A DNA stretch of 64,000 bases from positions 1 through 64,000 of the forward strand of contig JBBCKI010000034.1 in NCBI GenBank assembly GCA_037190965.1. The letters run 5' to 3'. This document shows positions 9,052 through 18,243 of this stretch, in pieces. Each line of letters opens with the position of its first letter. Positions within the stretch are counted from its first letter, which is position 1. A program made the position numbers and the translations under genes. The stretch is from Chthoniobacteraceae bacterium. Its GTDB lineage: Bacteria; Verrucomicrobiota; Verrucomicrobiia; Chthoniobacterales; Chthoniobacteraceae. The notes below the pieces were generated by a model. The model saw only the letters and a list, made by a program, of their open reading frames with translations, was not told the DNA's origin and ran no database searches.

Positions 9052-9756
9052 ATGTGTGACTTCCATTCTATCTGCGTGCGCCGCGACGGTGCCATTGCCC
9101 ATATCCCTGAAAATTCTCACTCCGGGGCCATCGAAAAGCTCGGATGGCGCGAGAATGACCAAATCGCCGCTGTTCGTGGCCCGTTCTTTGTTGAGGCCGA
9201 ATGGTCGTGCCAAGGCGAGTTTCCCGGCGTTGACAGGATTACGCGCGGCTCCTCGCTGAATGAAAAACAACGGAAGGTGATCGAGAATCACTATACGAAT
9301 CTCGCGAAGCTGCTTGCCGATCCAGCGGCACACGCAGAGCGAATGCTTTTTAATCGCGGGTTCTTTTCCGGCGAGGAGTACGCCGATATTCGCTGGAAAA
9401 TTTTGATCCATACGGAATGTCCAAAACGCGTTGCGGACAAGCTCGCTGAAACCTCGCTTTATGCAATGGGCGATGAAATCAAATCGCTGCATCCCCTGGT
9501 TAAGCGGGTTGATGGTAGTTTTTCTATTGCGGAGAAGTACGAGATCACCGCTCCCGCGCTGACGAAGTCCGGCTCCGTCTATGTCCAGCAGGGCGCGACC
9601 TTCACCGCTCCCGCGCTGACGAAGTCCGGCTACGTCGATGTCCAGCAGGGCGCGACCTTCACCGCTCCCGCGCTGACGGAAGTGTCCGGCTCCGTCTATG
9701 TCCAGCAGGGCGCGACCTTCACCGCTCCGAAACTTAACCGTTCACAAAAGTACTAG
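9052..9756 (+). CDS. Phage protein with C-terminal 19-20 aa LRR/solenoid-like repeats
   Basis: Starts MCDFHS after an A/C-rich leader and ends with three copies of TAPALTKSGSVYVQQGAT. Confidence 0.75.
   Translation: MCDFHSICVRRDGAIAHIPENSHSGAIEKLGWRENDQIAAVRGPFFVEAEWSCQGEFPGVDRITRGSSLNEKQRKVIENHYTNLAKLLADPAAHAERMLFNRGFFSGEEYADIRWKILIHTECPKRVADKLAETSLYAMGDEIKSLHPLVKRVDGSFSIAEKYEITAPALTKSGSVYVQQGATFTAPALTKSGYVDVQQGATFTAPALTEVSGSVYVQQGATFTAPKLNRSQKY
9545..9728 (+). repeat. Coding tandem repeat, 57/57/60 bp plus a partial unit
   Basis: TCACCGCTCCCGCGCTGACG...CAGCAGGGCGCGACCT occurs three times, nearly identical. Confidence 0.92.
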
Positions 9757-9769
9757 CGGAACTCCATTT

Positions 9770-9892
9770 GCCTCCCTGCCTCGTCGAAGCCTCACGCGTG
9801 ATGTGAGACACAAGTAGGCAGGGGCGGGGAGAGACGGTGCCCCTAAAGAAAGCGCGTCCATTTAGCCGGTTCGAATCCGGCCCGCCCGCACC
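9770..9892 (+). ncRNA. Candidate structured tRNA-like RNA
   Basis: Perfect T arm GCCGG-TTCGAAT-CCGGC, GGGCGG/CCGCCC acceptor-like stem, no D arm or canonical anticodon arm. Confidence 0.5.
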
Positions 9893-9920
9893 TTTTTCAA
9901 ACCAAACCTGAAACCAACCC

Positions 9921-10304
9921 ATGAACAACAAACCAAGAGGCAAGCCATACACAGGCTCATCGGGAGCAATGCGGGAATCTCCCTGGCTGGCAGCAGAAGA
10001 CCTAGCCGCCGCAGGCGATGTCAAAGTAGAGATCGAAGGCGTTTTCCAATATGAGTCAGTCGAGTTCGAAGCAGGCCGAAAGAAGGCCAATGTGTTCACC
10101 GTCAAGTTCAAAGGAAAGCAGAAGGAGCTTTGCTTGAACAGCACCAACCGGAGGACGCTCTATCGTCTCTACGGCTCTGACACCAAGGAGTGGACCGGCA
10201 AATCAGTAACGCTCTACGTCGATCCTAATGTCCGCGTCGCAGGCAAGAAAGTCGGAGGCGTCCGCTTCCGTGAATCTCAATCCGCAATCGTAAATCCAGA
10301 ATGA
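9921..10304 (+). CDS. Phage protein, possible ssDNA-binding/annealing partner of the exonuclease
   Basis: SPWLAAEDL...LCLNSTNRRTL...WTGKSVTLY; directly upstream of the RecE-like nuclease. Confidence 0.55.
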   Translation: MNNKPRGKPYTGSSGAMRESPWLAAEDLAAAGDVKVEIEGVFQYESVEFEAGRKKANVFTVKFKGKQKELCLNSTNRRTLYRLYGSDTKEWTGKSVTLYVDPNVRVAGKKVGGVRFRESQSAIVNPE

Positions 10305-11089
10305 AACCACGCATCATAACTATACCAGAGGCCGAGTACCGCAAAGCCGATGGAATCAGCAAATCAGACCTGGACCGGATCGCCCGTTCCCCGGCTCACT
10401 TCAAGCACGCCGTACGGGAGGAAACCGACGCAATGCGAATCGGCACTCTAGTTCATCAAGCTGTGTTCATGCAGGATCAGCTAGACTACGTGATGAAGCC
10501 GCGCGGAATGACATTTGCAACCAAAGAGGGCAAAGCCTGGAGGGACGCGCACAAGGGCACAACTATTATTACTCAGGCCGAGTCAGATATGATAGGCGGC
10601 ATCCTAAACAGTGTCATGAAGCACCCGGCAGTCAAAAAGCTTCTATCGGCAGGTAGGGCAGAGCAGTCCATTTTTGCGATGGACGGCAAAGGCACGCTTC
10701 GAAAAGGGCGCACCGATTGGCTCCCGGACAAGACGCCCGTGATCGTGGACCTCAAGACCTGCGAAGATGCACGACCTGAAAAGTTCACTCGATCTGTTCT
10801 GGATTACCGTTATCACGTCCAAGGAGCTTACTACTTAGATTTAGCTAAGTTGGCTGGCGAGGACAGGCGCGCTTTCGTCCTGATCGCCGTCGAAAAGACG
10901 CCACCATACGCTGTTATGGTCTATCAGATGATGGACGAGGACATCGAGATTGGCCGCGATCTCTATCGCCGAGATTTGCAGGTCTACCGGAACTGCATCG
11001 CGTCCGGTCAGTGGCCTGCCTACCCGGAGGAGATCGAACTGATCGGAATTCCCGAGTACGTCAAACAACAAATGGAGGAGGAACTGTAA
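10301..11089 (+). CDS. PD-(D/E)XK exonuclease, RecE/exonuclease VIII-like (DUF3799 type)
   Basis: ISKSDL...SPAH, KGRTDW, IVDLKT and YHVQGAYY motifs. Confidence 0.88.
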   Translation: MKPRIITIPEAEYRKADGISKSDLDRIARSPAHFKHAVREETDAMRIGTLVHQAVFMQDQLDYVMKPRGMTFATKEGKAWRDAHKGTTIITQAESDMIGGILNSVMKHPAVKKLLSAGRAEQSIFAMDGKGTLRKGRTDWLPDKTPVIVDLKTCEDARPEKFTRSVLDYRYHVQGAYYLDLAKLAGEDRRAFVLIAVEKTPPYAVMVYQMMDEDIEIGRDLYRRDLQVYRNCIASGQWPAYPEEIELIGIPEYVKQQMEEEL

Positions 11090-11090
11090 T

Positions 11091-11537
11091 ATGGCATCAC
11101 TCAACAAGGTAATGATCATCGGAAATCTTACCCGAGATCCCGAAATCCGCCACACCCCAAAAGGCACAGCCGTCGCCGAGATCGGTGTTGCCGTCAATCG
11201 ACGATACACCGCCGACAACGGCGAGAAGCGCGAAGAGACCACCTTTGTAGACGTCACCCTCTGGGGCCGTACTGCGGAACTGGCTGGCGAATACCTCAAG
11301 AAAGGCAGCTCAGTCTACATCGAAGGTCGGCTCCAGCTTGAATCCTGGGACGACAAGCAGACAGGCCAGAAGCGCAGCAAGCTGAAGGTCGTCGGCGAGG
11401 AACTCCAGTTTCTCGGAGGACGCGAGGGCGGTCAATCCAGGCCCTCTGAGCCCTCACAAGCAGCGAGGCGGCAGACTCCGGCGCGCCCTCCTGCCGATCC
11501 CGACCTCGATGCGGACGATTCGGACATTCCCTTTTAG
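11091..11537 (+). CDS. ssb: Single-stranded DNA-binding protein
   Basis: LNKVMIIGNLTRDPE N-terminus and DDSDIPF C-terminus. Confidence 0.96.
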   Translation: MASLNKVMIIGNLTRDPEIRHTPKGTAVAEIGVAVNRRYTADNGEKREETTFVDVTLWGRTAELAGEYLKKGSSVYIEGRLQLESWDDKQTGQKRSKLKVVGEELQFLGGREGGQSRPSEPSQAARRQTPARPPADPDLDADDSDIPF

Positions 11538-11599
11538 CCCCACCCACCGCAGAGGGCGAACCCTCCAGCCCGGTGAGAGGCCGGGCAGATTTACTACCC

Positions 11600-13291
11600 A
11601 TGAAAGCAATAACCCATCTAGCCGAGAGCGCCAACAGAACAGCTTGCGGGGAAGATATACCTTCGATCAACGCCCCGATTATGAGGGGTGCTCGCGTTGG
11701 CGTGATTGTCACCGAACTCGTAACAACAAGCTACCTGGTAGGCCCAAACGATACGAATCCGATCTGCTTTGCGTGCTTTAACTCAAATCAGGTAACCGAA
11801 CTCAAATCACAAGCATCTAACCGCATGACCTACAAAATCCAAGACCACGGCCCGGAGTGCTTCGGGCTTTATCACAACGGCAGCCGCCTCTGCGTCATTG
11901 CTGAATGCAGCGAGGAGCAGGCGAGGAAGATTGCCGCACTGCTTAATGAGCGAGATGGCTCATCACGGATGGAGCACCCGACGCTCTACACAGTCGAACC
12001 AATTCAGAGCGGCTACAAGCTATACCGCCACGGAGAACCTAACACGCATCCGGCTTACCTTCTGGACCTCGTAAACGGCGACATGAGTTTCGAGCAGACG
12101 GTCAAAGGGATCGTCGATGCGCTCAACTCCCGATCCGAGGATGCGAAGCTGATTGAGAATCTGGAATCCATGCTGCGCGGCGAGCACTGCACCTGCTCCG
12201 ATCCAGTCAACGACGGAGACTGCTCCTCGTGCATGATCGCTAAGTACCCCGAAATATCGGAGGAGCGGAGGAAGTTTGACGAGGAGGCCTGTGAGTTGAG
12301 CTCCAAACTCCACACAGCCAACGCCGCAATCGAAGAGTTGACGAAGGGCTGTCACGCTTGGAAAGCCAAACTCCACGCCGCCGAAGCTACGGGTGTGGAG
12401 ATGAGGGAGGAGATCAACCTTCTTGGTTGTCTCCAAACGCATTCTATCGCCGTTAACGGCAACAAGCTCTCCTGCTCGGAATCCGTCGCAGAGGCTTTTG
12501 CATTGGCTGCCATTGAGGCCGACAAGCTGCGGGAGGAGCGGGATGAGGCGAATGCAGCAATCGAAGCGATAACCAACGATGATGCTTCGGGCATTTTAAG
12601 AGTGTTCCGACGCCTAACCGACGAAGTTTCGAAACTCACCCAGGAGCGCGATAAAGCGGTTGCGGAAGCGAACAGGAGAGACGCAAAGTGGGAGGCAGGA
12701 ATCGACCATATTGCAGGGCAGCCTCTCCAGTATGACGGCATGGATCGATCTTTGCTCTATAGGCCGACCCTTGATCAGTTCATCAACGGCCTCCGCGCCG
12801 CCATCGAGCGGAAGGATGCGGCGTTGAAGCGTGCGGAAAACTTAGCCGAGGCAACATTTCGTCCTGAGCTAGCTCAGGTATTCCGCACCGCCCTCTCCCC
12901 CGCCGCTGAAGGGGAGAAGCAACCCGCCCAGCAATACCGCGACCTGATCCCCGGTGAGGATGTCTATCAAAGCGGCGATCAAGGGTTGCATCACGACCAA
13001 TGGCTACTCGTGGCTGATCTCGCATTAGGGTCGCTTGTGGAAGATTGGCATATACCCAGTCGCCGCCCACTCCCCGCAATCCCCGAAGGCTGGACGCTTT
13101 CCGAGGATGGGGCGCATATCGAACGGGAGGGTGATGGAGTGTGGATTGTGCCGGAAGGTGCGGAATGCCCTGTTTTGCTTGTCACTGGCTTAGTGTGGAT
13201 TCCAACGGTAAGGCAAAGACAGACTTCTTGGGAACACGCCCTCTACCGCCTCCCGTGGCCTCCGAAGGCAGAAGGAAAGGAGGGGAAGTAG
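11600..13291 (+). CDS. Long mosaic phage hypothetical protein with coiled coils
   Basis: Continuous ORF; the start is uncertain (11600 or 11825). Confidence 0.55.
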   Translation: MKAITHLAESANRTACGEDIPSINAPIMRGARVGVIVTELVTTSYLVGPNDTNPICFACFNSNQVTELKSQASNRMTYKIQDHGPECFGLYHNGSRLCVIAECSEEQARKIAALLNERDGSSRMEHPTLYTVEPIQSGYKLYRHGEPNTHPAYLLDLVNGDMSFEQTVKGIVDALNSRSEDAKLIENLESMLRGEHCTCSDPVNDGDCSSCMIAKYPEISEERRKFDEEACELSSKLHTANAAIEELTKGCHAWKAKLHAAEATGVEMREEINLLGCLQTHSIAVNGNKLSCSESVAEAFALAAIEADKLREERDEANAAIEAITNDDASGILRVFRRLTDEVSKLTQERDKAVAEANRRDAKWEAGIDHIAGQPLQYDGMDRSLLYRPTLDQFINGLRAAIERKDAALKRAENLAEATFRPELAQVFRTALSPAAEGEKQPAQQYRDLIPGEDVYQSGDQGLHHDQWLLVADLALGSLVEDWHIPSRRPLPAIPEGWTLSEDGAHIEREGDGVWIVPEGAECPVLLVTGLVWIPTVRQRQTSWEHALYRLPWPPKAEGKEGK

Positions 13292-13292
13292 G

Positions 13293-13592
13293 ATGGAAGC
13301 GAAGCACTCACCTTCTCCCTGGATCTTGAATTCTGATAGCTCATCAGGATGCATTGTAAGAATCACCATCAAATCTGCGGATGGTCACACGGTCCATTAT
13401 GCAAGTCGTCACGCATGGGATCCGGATGCACCGTGCAAATCTGTCTATCGCGCAAACAATAGACTCATCGCCGCGGCGCCGGAACTACTGGAGGCATTGA
13501 AGGAGGTTGTAGCCATAGCCGACCGAAAGACGGACGTGTTTGACAAAGCTCGAGCCGCCATCGCCAAAGCCGAAGGAAAGGAGGCCCGATGA
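13293..13592 (+). CDS. Phage hypothetical protein (HxPxPW...RLIAAAPELLEAL family)
   Basis: Common phage early-gene motif ANNRLIAAAPELLEALK...ARAAIAKAEG. Confidence 0.8.
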   Translation: MEAKHSPSPWILNSDSSSGCIVRITIKSADGHTVHYASRHAWDPDAPCKSVYRANNRLIAAAPELLEALKEVVAIADRKTDVFDKARAAIAKAEGKEAR

Positions 13593-14548
13593 CACCAGAG
13601 CCCTTGCACATCATCAGCCTCGGCGCGGGGGTTCAGTCGTCAACAATGGCGCTCATGGCCGCCGCTGGTGAAATTTCGCCGATGCCAAAATGCGCCATCT
13701 TTGCCGACACCCAGGCGGAACCGGCGAGCGTTTACAAATGGCTGGACTGGCTGGAAAAGCAGCTACCGTTTCCGGTGCATCGGGTGACGCGAGGGAGCAT
13801 TACCGATGTTAGTTTGACGACTCGGGAAAAGAAGGACGGAAGCGGCAAGTGGTCGAAAAGCCTGATCCCCGCTTACATCAAAAACTCGGACGGCTCGCGC
13901 GGGATTATGGGCAGAGCTTGCACGGCTGATTTCAAAATCGCCCCGATCATGAAAAGGGTCCGCAAGTTGGGCGCGGCGCTCGGAAGGAAAGAGTGGAGGA
14001 GGAAGCACAAGGCGGCACTAAGGTCGTGGGCTGAGTATATCAAAGAGAAGGCCGCAGCTAAAAGGGAACGTAGGACATGCCAACTCCCATATCCAAAAGA
14101 GGCGTGGGACTCAATGCAGTCCGATCCGCTTGTTGTTCAGTGGATCGGAATTTCTCTGGATGAAACGCAGCGCATGAAGCCGAGTCGGGAGCCGTGGTCG
14201 GCGCATCGCTGGCCGCTGATCGAAATGCGGATGCGGCGGGCCGACTGCTTGCTATGGATGGAGAAGCGAGGCTTTCCTAAGCCGCCGCGTTCGGCGTGCG
14301 TCTATTGCCCGTTTCACTCCAACCACGAATGGAGACGGTTGCGCGACGATGAGCCGGAGGAGTTTCAAAAAGCTGTCCAGTTTGAGCGCGATTTGCAGGC
14401 TGTGAAGCGTGTCACTGACAACATGGCGGGAGTGCCGTTTCTGCATAGCTCACTCATGCCACTGGACCAGGTTGATCTCTCAACCGACCTGGAGCGTGGC
14501 CAAGGCGACCTGTGGGGGAACGAATGCGAAGGGATGTGCGGAGTATGA
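13589..14548 (+). CDS. PAPS-reductase-like / adenine nucleotide alpha-hydrolase phage protein
   Basis: SLGAGVQSS PP-loop-like motif, IFADTQAE, RSACVYCPF, C-terminal ECEGMCGV. Confidence 0.75.
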   Translation: MTPEPLHIISLGAGVQSSTMALMAAAGEISPMPKCAIFADTQAEPASVYKWLDWLEKQLPFPVHRVTRGSITDVSLTTREKKDGSGKWSKSLIPAYIKNSDGSRGIMGRACTADFKIAPIMKRVRKLGAALGRKEWRRKHKAALRSWAEYIKEKAAAKRERRTCQLPYPKEAWDSMQSDPLVVQWIGISLDETQRMKPSREPWSAHRWPLIEMRMRRADCLLWMEKRGFPKPPRSACVYCPFHSNHEWRRLRDDEPEEFQKAVQFERDLQAVKRVTDNMAGVPFLHSSLMPLDQVDLSTDLERGQGDLWGNECEGMCGV

Positions 14549-15499
14549 AATCTAACCCACAACAAAAGGAGGTGATGCCAGTGCCAACCTATAGACAAGT
14601 AGGCCTGACCAGCCCCGCCAACGTCCTATCCGGCGGCGGGGCGACTCCTGAGCAGATTGAGATCGTGAGGGGAATGGCGGCAAACCACAGAAGGATGGCG
14701 AGCTTCTATCGAGGCGTAGAAGATAGGGCGCTATCGATGATTCACGCGAACAAGGCAGACGCCCTCGAATCCCTCCTCGCCGAGAGGGAGGGGCTTAGGA
14801 ATGCCCTGGATCGTCTCGTCAAAGCCGAGTGGGCATCTAGTCAGAAGTTTGAAGAACCAGAGATCAACGAACTCGAAGCGGCCCTCAAGCAGGCCGAGGA
14901 AGTTTTGAAGAAAGGAGAACCATGACAATCAACGACCTAAAGCAACTCTCCGAGGAGGAGATTAACAAGCGGGTGGCGGTACTTGATGGATGGGAGCCGG
15001 ATCAACATTTTGGCGGGCCCATGCATTGGCATAAAGGAACGCTTGTCGCCAGATCCATAGCGGAGCTACCCGCCTACGCCACGGACTTGAACGCGATGCA
15101 CGAGGCTGAAAACTGGCTTCTGCCAGCAGGGGCTCCAGGGATGCGCAAGAGGGCATATTCAGACCATCTATCCCGACTGGCCACCCTGGGTGGAAGGTCA
15201 GTGGAATGCGCCACCGCCCGCCAGCGCGCCGAGGCGTTGATTTGGACGGTGGAAGGGGGTGCAGAGTGAGGCAGGAAACCCTTGGATTGGGATTGATTAA
15301 TCCAGATGAAGCGCCCGATGGCTATCGAGCAGTGCTTAAATCCGATGTCGATACCGGCGTGAATTTTTGTCGCCACTGCGATTGGCGACCTCATTGCGAT
15401 GGCCGAGTTAGATGCTTCCCATACGAGGTGAGAACCCCAACAGGCGAGATTCTAACCCGCAAAGATAGATGCAGTGTTGTCTTCAAGAAGATCCCATGA
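14545..15499 (+). CDS. Three small phage hypothetical ORFs (14545-14925, 14922-15269, 15266-15499)
   Basis: ATGA/GTGA-coupled ORFs. The second has the common phage motif YATDLNAMHEAE...ATARQRAEA. Confidence 0.6.
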
Positions 15500-15969
15500 T
15501 CCTCCCCAACCACATACTTGCCATCGACCCCGGCACCGAAAAGTCAGCCGTACTTCAGTGGGATGGAGAGACAGTCGGCGGCAAGCTGATCATGAATAAC
15601 CACGCCATTCTGCCTCTCCTTGACGCCACAGAATGCCCCATCGCCATCGAAATGATCGCCTCCTACGGTATGCCAGTGGGCTGCGAGACGTTCGAGACGG
15701 TCTTATGGATCGGGCGGTTTATGGAGCGCGCTAAAACCCCCGTGCGTCTTGTCTACCGTCGAGACATCAAGCTGCACTTGTGCAATTCAGCGAGAGCCAA
15801 GGACGCGAACGTGCGGCAGGCTCTAATCGACCGGTTTGGCAAGCCGGGGATTAAAAAATCCCCGGGCGTCACCTACGGCATCACAAGCCACCTGTGGGCG
15901 GCGTTTGCAATCGCTGTTTATGCACATGACTGCCCGGATCGCGCGTTTTTGGGGGAGGTGGAGGGGTGA
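15496..15969 (+). CDS. RuvC-like (RNase H fold) resolvase
   Basis: ILAIDPG, IAIEMI and HLWAAFAIA motifs. Confidence 0.7.
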   Translation: MILPNHILAIDPGTEKSAVLQWDGETVGGKLIMNNHAILPLLDATECPIAIEMIASYGMPVGCETFETVLWIGRFMERAKTPVRLVYRRDIKLHLCNSARAKDANVRQALIDRFGKPGIKKSPGVTYGITSHLWAAFAIAVYAHDCPDRAFLGEVEG

Positions 15970-16621
15970 ATATCGTTTTATCTCTCTGCGACCGCACTGG
16001 GAATATGGTGCGTCCTTGGGCCGAAGCCGGATTTGAATGCTGGTGTGTTGATGTGCAGCACTCGATCCGCCGTGATCGGGTTGAGAAAGTCGGCCCTGGC
16101 TCGATCCGGTTTGTGTGGGGCGACGTGCGTTCCTGGTGCCCTTCTGATGGCGTGGGGATTCGCATGCTCTTCGGCTTTCCTCCGTGCACCGACCTCACCT
16201 GCACGGGTGCTCGCGATTTCCAGAAGAAGCGCGGATGGGCTCTAGCTGATGGTCTTCAGCTTTTCGATTCCTGCATGATGGCCGCCGTCTACAGCGGCGC
16301 ACCCTTCATGATTGAGAACCCGGCGACCAGCCGACTCAATACCCATCGACGACCACCAGATTACAAGATTCACCCTTGGGAGTACGCCGGATACCTGGAT
16401 GACATTCAGACGGACAATACCTCCAAGCTGACAGGGCTATGGACCGGGGGGGATTCATTATGCCTGAAAAGCTCACGGCCCCCGCTCCGCATCGTCAAGA
16501 CTGTTGGAAAGCTTCCCCATCGGATGACCGCGCCGACGTGCGAAGTGTCACTCCAATGGGATTCGCAAGAGCCGTTTTCCTTTCAAACCAAGACTCAACT
16601 TTTCGCCTGAGCGCAGCCTGA
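15966..16621 (+). pseudogene. Phage cytosine DNA methyltransferase-like gene, frameshifted at a G7 run (16446-16452)
   Basis: VLSLCDRTG, FPPCTDL and IENP in one frame. The family-type C-terminus RSVTPMGFARAVF is in the -1 frame; one extra G joins them. Confidence 0.7.
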
Positions 16622-16714
16622 CCATGCAACAACTAACCTTCCTCAATCAGCTCTGGCCCCTGTGCGCCTGCGGGTGTGGGGGCATTGCATTTAACCGAAT
16701 TTCACTGACAGCAA

Positions 16715-17512
16715 ATGAGTAAGCGATTCACAGAAACATCAAAATGGGATGACCCTTGGTTTCGAGAGCTTCCAGGAGTTCAAAAGCTCGTATTCATGTA
16801 CATTATCGACCGCTGCGACAATGCGGGATTTTGGGAGATCGACGAGGGCGCAATAGCTTGGCACACCAAGCTTGATCCGAAGCATATACAAGGGGCATTG
16901 AAGGGGCTTGAAAGGGGCTTGAAGGTTGTGGATGGATGGGCGTGGGTCCGCACATTCTTGCGGCACCAGAAAAACGAGATTTTGAATGAGTCGAACCCAG
17001 CTCATCGGCAGATCATCGGCTTGTTCAAAAATCAGATTGGGCGATTCTCTGGCTGTCCTGATTTCGATAAAATTGCATCAAATATTGATCAGGAAAGGGG
17101 CTTTCAAGCCCCTTCAAAGGGGCTACCTAGCCCCATAGGTATAGGTAAAGGTAAAGGAGAAGGTATTAAGAAAGAGGGGTCTGGGGAGAAAACGCCAGAA
17201 TTTCCTATCGATCTTCCGCCGTCGCTTGATACCGACGAGTTCAAGGCCGAATGGGCCGATTTCATAGCTCACCGCGCGGCGGCAAAGAAGAAGCTGACAC
17301 CCCAAGCCGCCAGGAAGCAGTTGGCGAAACTGGAGGCTATGGGACACGACCGGGCGGTCGCAGCGGTTAAACACTCAGTAGGCAATGGATGGCAGGGAAT
17401 CTTTGAGCCTGAGCATCATAGGGATTCCCAAAACGGAGTAAAGCAAACCGAAGCGCAACGCGACTTCGAGAAAACTGGCCTCACTCAAAAATTCAACGTG
17501 CCGATCGTATGA
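16715..17512 (+). CDS. Phage replication initiator protein
   Basis: KRFTETSKWDDPWF wHTH N-terminus, C-terminal WADFIAHR...SVGNGWQGIF domain, internal iterons, and an adjacent helicase loader. Confidence 0.8.
   Translation: MSKRFTETSKWDDPWFRELPGVQKLVFMYIIDRCDNAGFWEIDEGAIAWHTKLDPKHIQGALKGLERGLKVVDGWAWVRTFLRHQKNEILNESNPAHRQIIGLFKNQIGRFSGCPDFDKIASNIDQERGFQAPSKGLPSPIGIGKGKGEGIKKEGSGEKTPEFPIDLPPSLDTDEFKAEWADFIAHRAAAKKKLTPQAARKQLAKLEAMGHDRAVAAVKHSVGNGWQGIFEPEHHRDSQNGVKQTEAQRDFEKTGLTQKFNVPIV
16890..17164. repeat. Iteron-like AAGGGGCTT repeats (putative ori)
   Basis: Three tandem copies at 16890-16921, inverted pairs at 17095-17114 and 17119-17134, then ATAGGT/AAAGGT hexamers. Confidence 0.7.
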
Positions 17513-18188
17513 CAGAAGACGCGATGAACGCCGCCGGTGAAATCGGATCAATCCTTGACCGTCTTCGGGTGCTCGCTCCTGGTCACGCGAGCGAAAGGGC
17601 GAAGATTGGAAAAGCTCCAGTGAACGTAGATGCGGTGTTGAAGAAATCAGGCTTCCCACAACGGCACCGCGAGAACTTGGAGATCATGACGGGGCCGGGG
17701 CTGGAAAAGGCAAAGGAGCTGTGGCCGCGCATAAACGCCGGTGACGCCCTCGTTCTTCTTTTCGGCGACCGTGGCCCGGGAAGACCCAAATGGCCACGTG
17801 GTGGGCCTCACAGCGCGTTCTAGGGGGTGATTCTGCGGGGATCTATGCCAAGTGCGCCGACATCTTCCAGGAAATCAAGCGGACATGGAGTGACGGTGGT
17901 AAATCTGTCGGGACTGAATACGATGTTCTGCGGCGATACAGCACAACCCCGTTTCTCGTGATCGATGAACTGCACGAGATGAGCGGTCAAAAGTCTGACT
18001 GGGGGCCGAGAACGCTCATCAACATTCTTGATCATCGCTACGACTCGCGGAAGACGACGATTCTCATCGCGAACTTTTCTCTGAAGAATCTGAGTGAAGA
18101 GGTTAATCCGTCGATTCAGTCGAGAGCGGAGGAGACAGGCTGCTTCGTGAATTGCAACTGGCCGAGTTATCGAAGCAGGGGAAGTTGA
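17509..18188 (+). pseudogene. DnaC/IstB-like ATPase, frameshifted inside Walker A (17778-17781)
   Basis: LLFGDRGPG and KTQMA are in different frames; Walker B LVIDE and ILDHRY...TILIAN lie downstream. Confidence 0.75.
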
Positions 18189-18243
18189 CGTAAAGTGAGG
18201 CATTCCCCATGCGGGGGGTTGACATTGGATAACGTGATCCCCG

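Noticed and set aside
9545..9728. Possible CRISPR array or DGR variable repeat
   Set aside because: The units are contiguous in-frame coding repeats without spacers, and no cas or reverse transcriptase gene is in the window.
9821..9892. Canonical phage tRNA
   Set aside because: No D arm and no 7-nt anticodon loop; kept only as a tRNA-like candidate.
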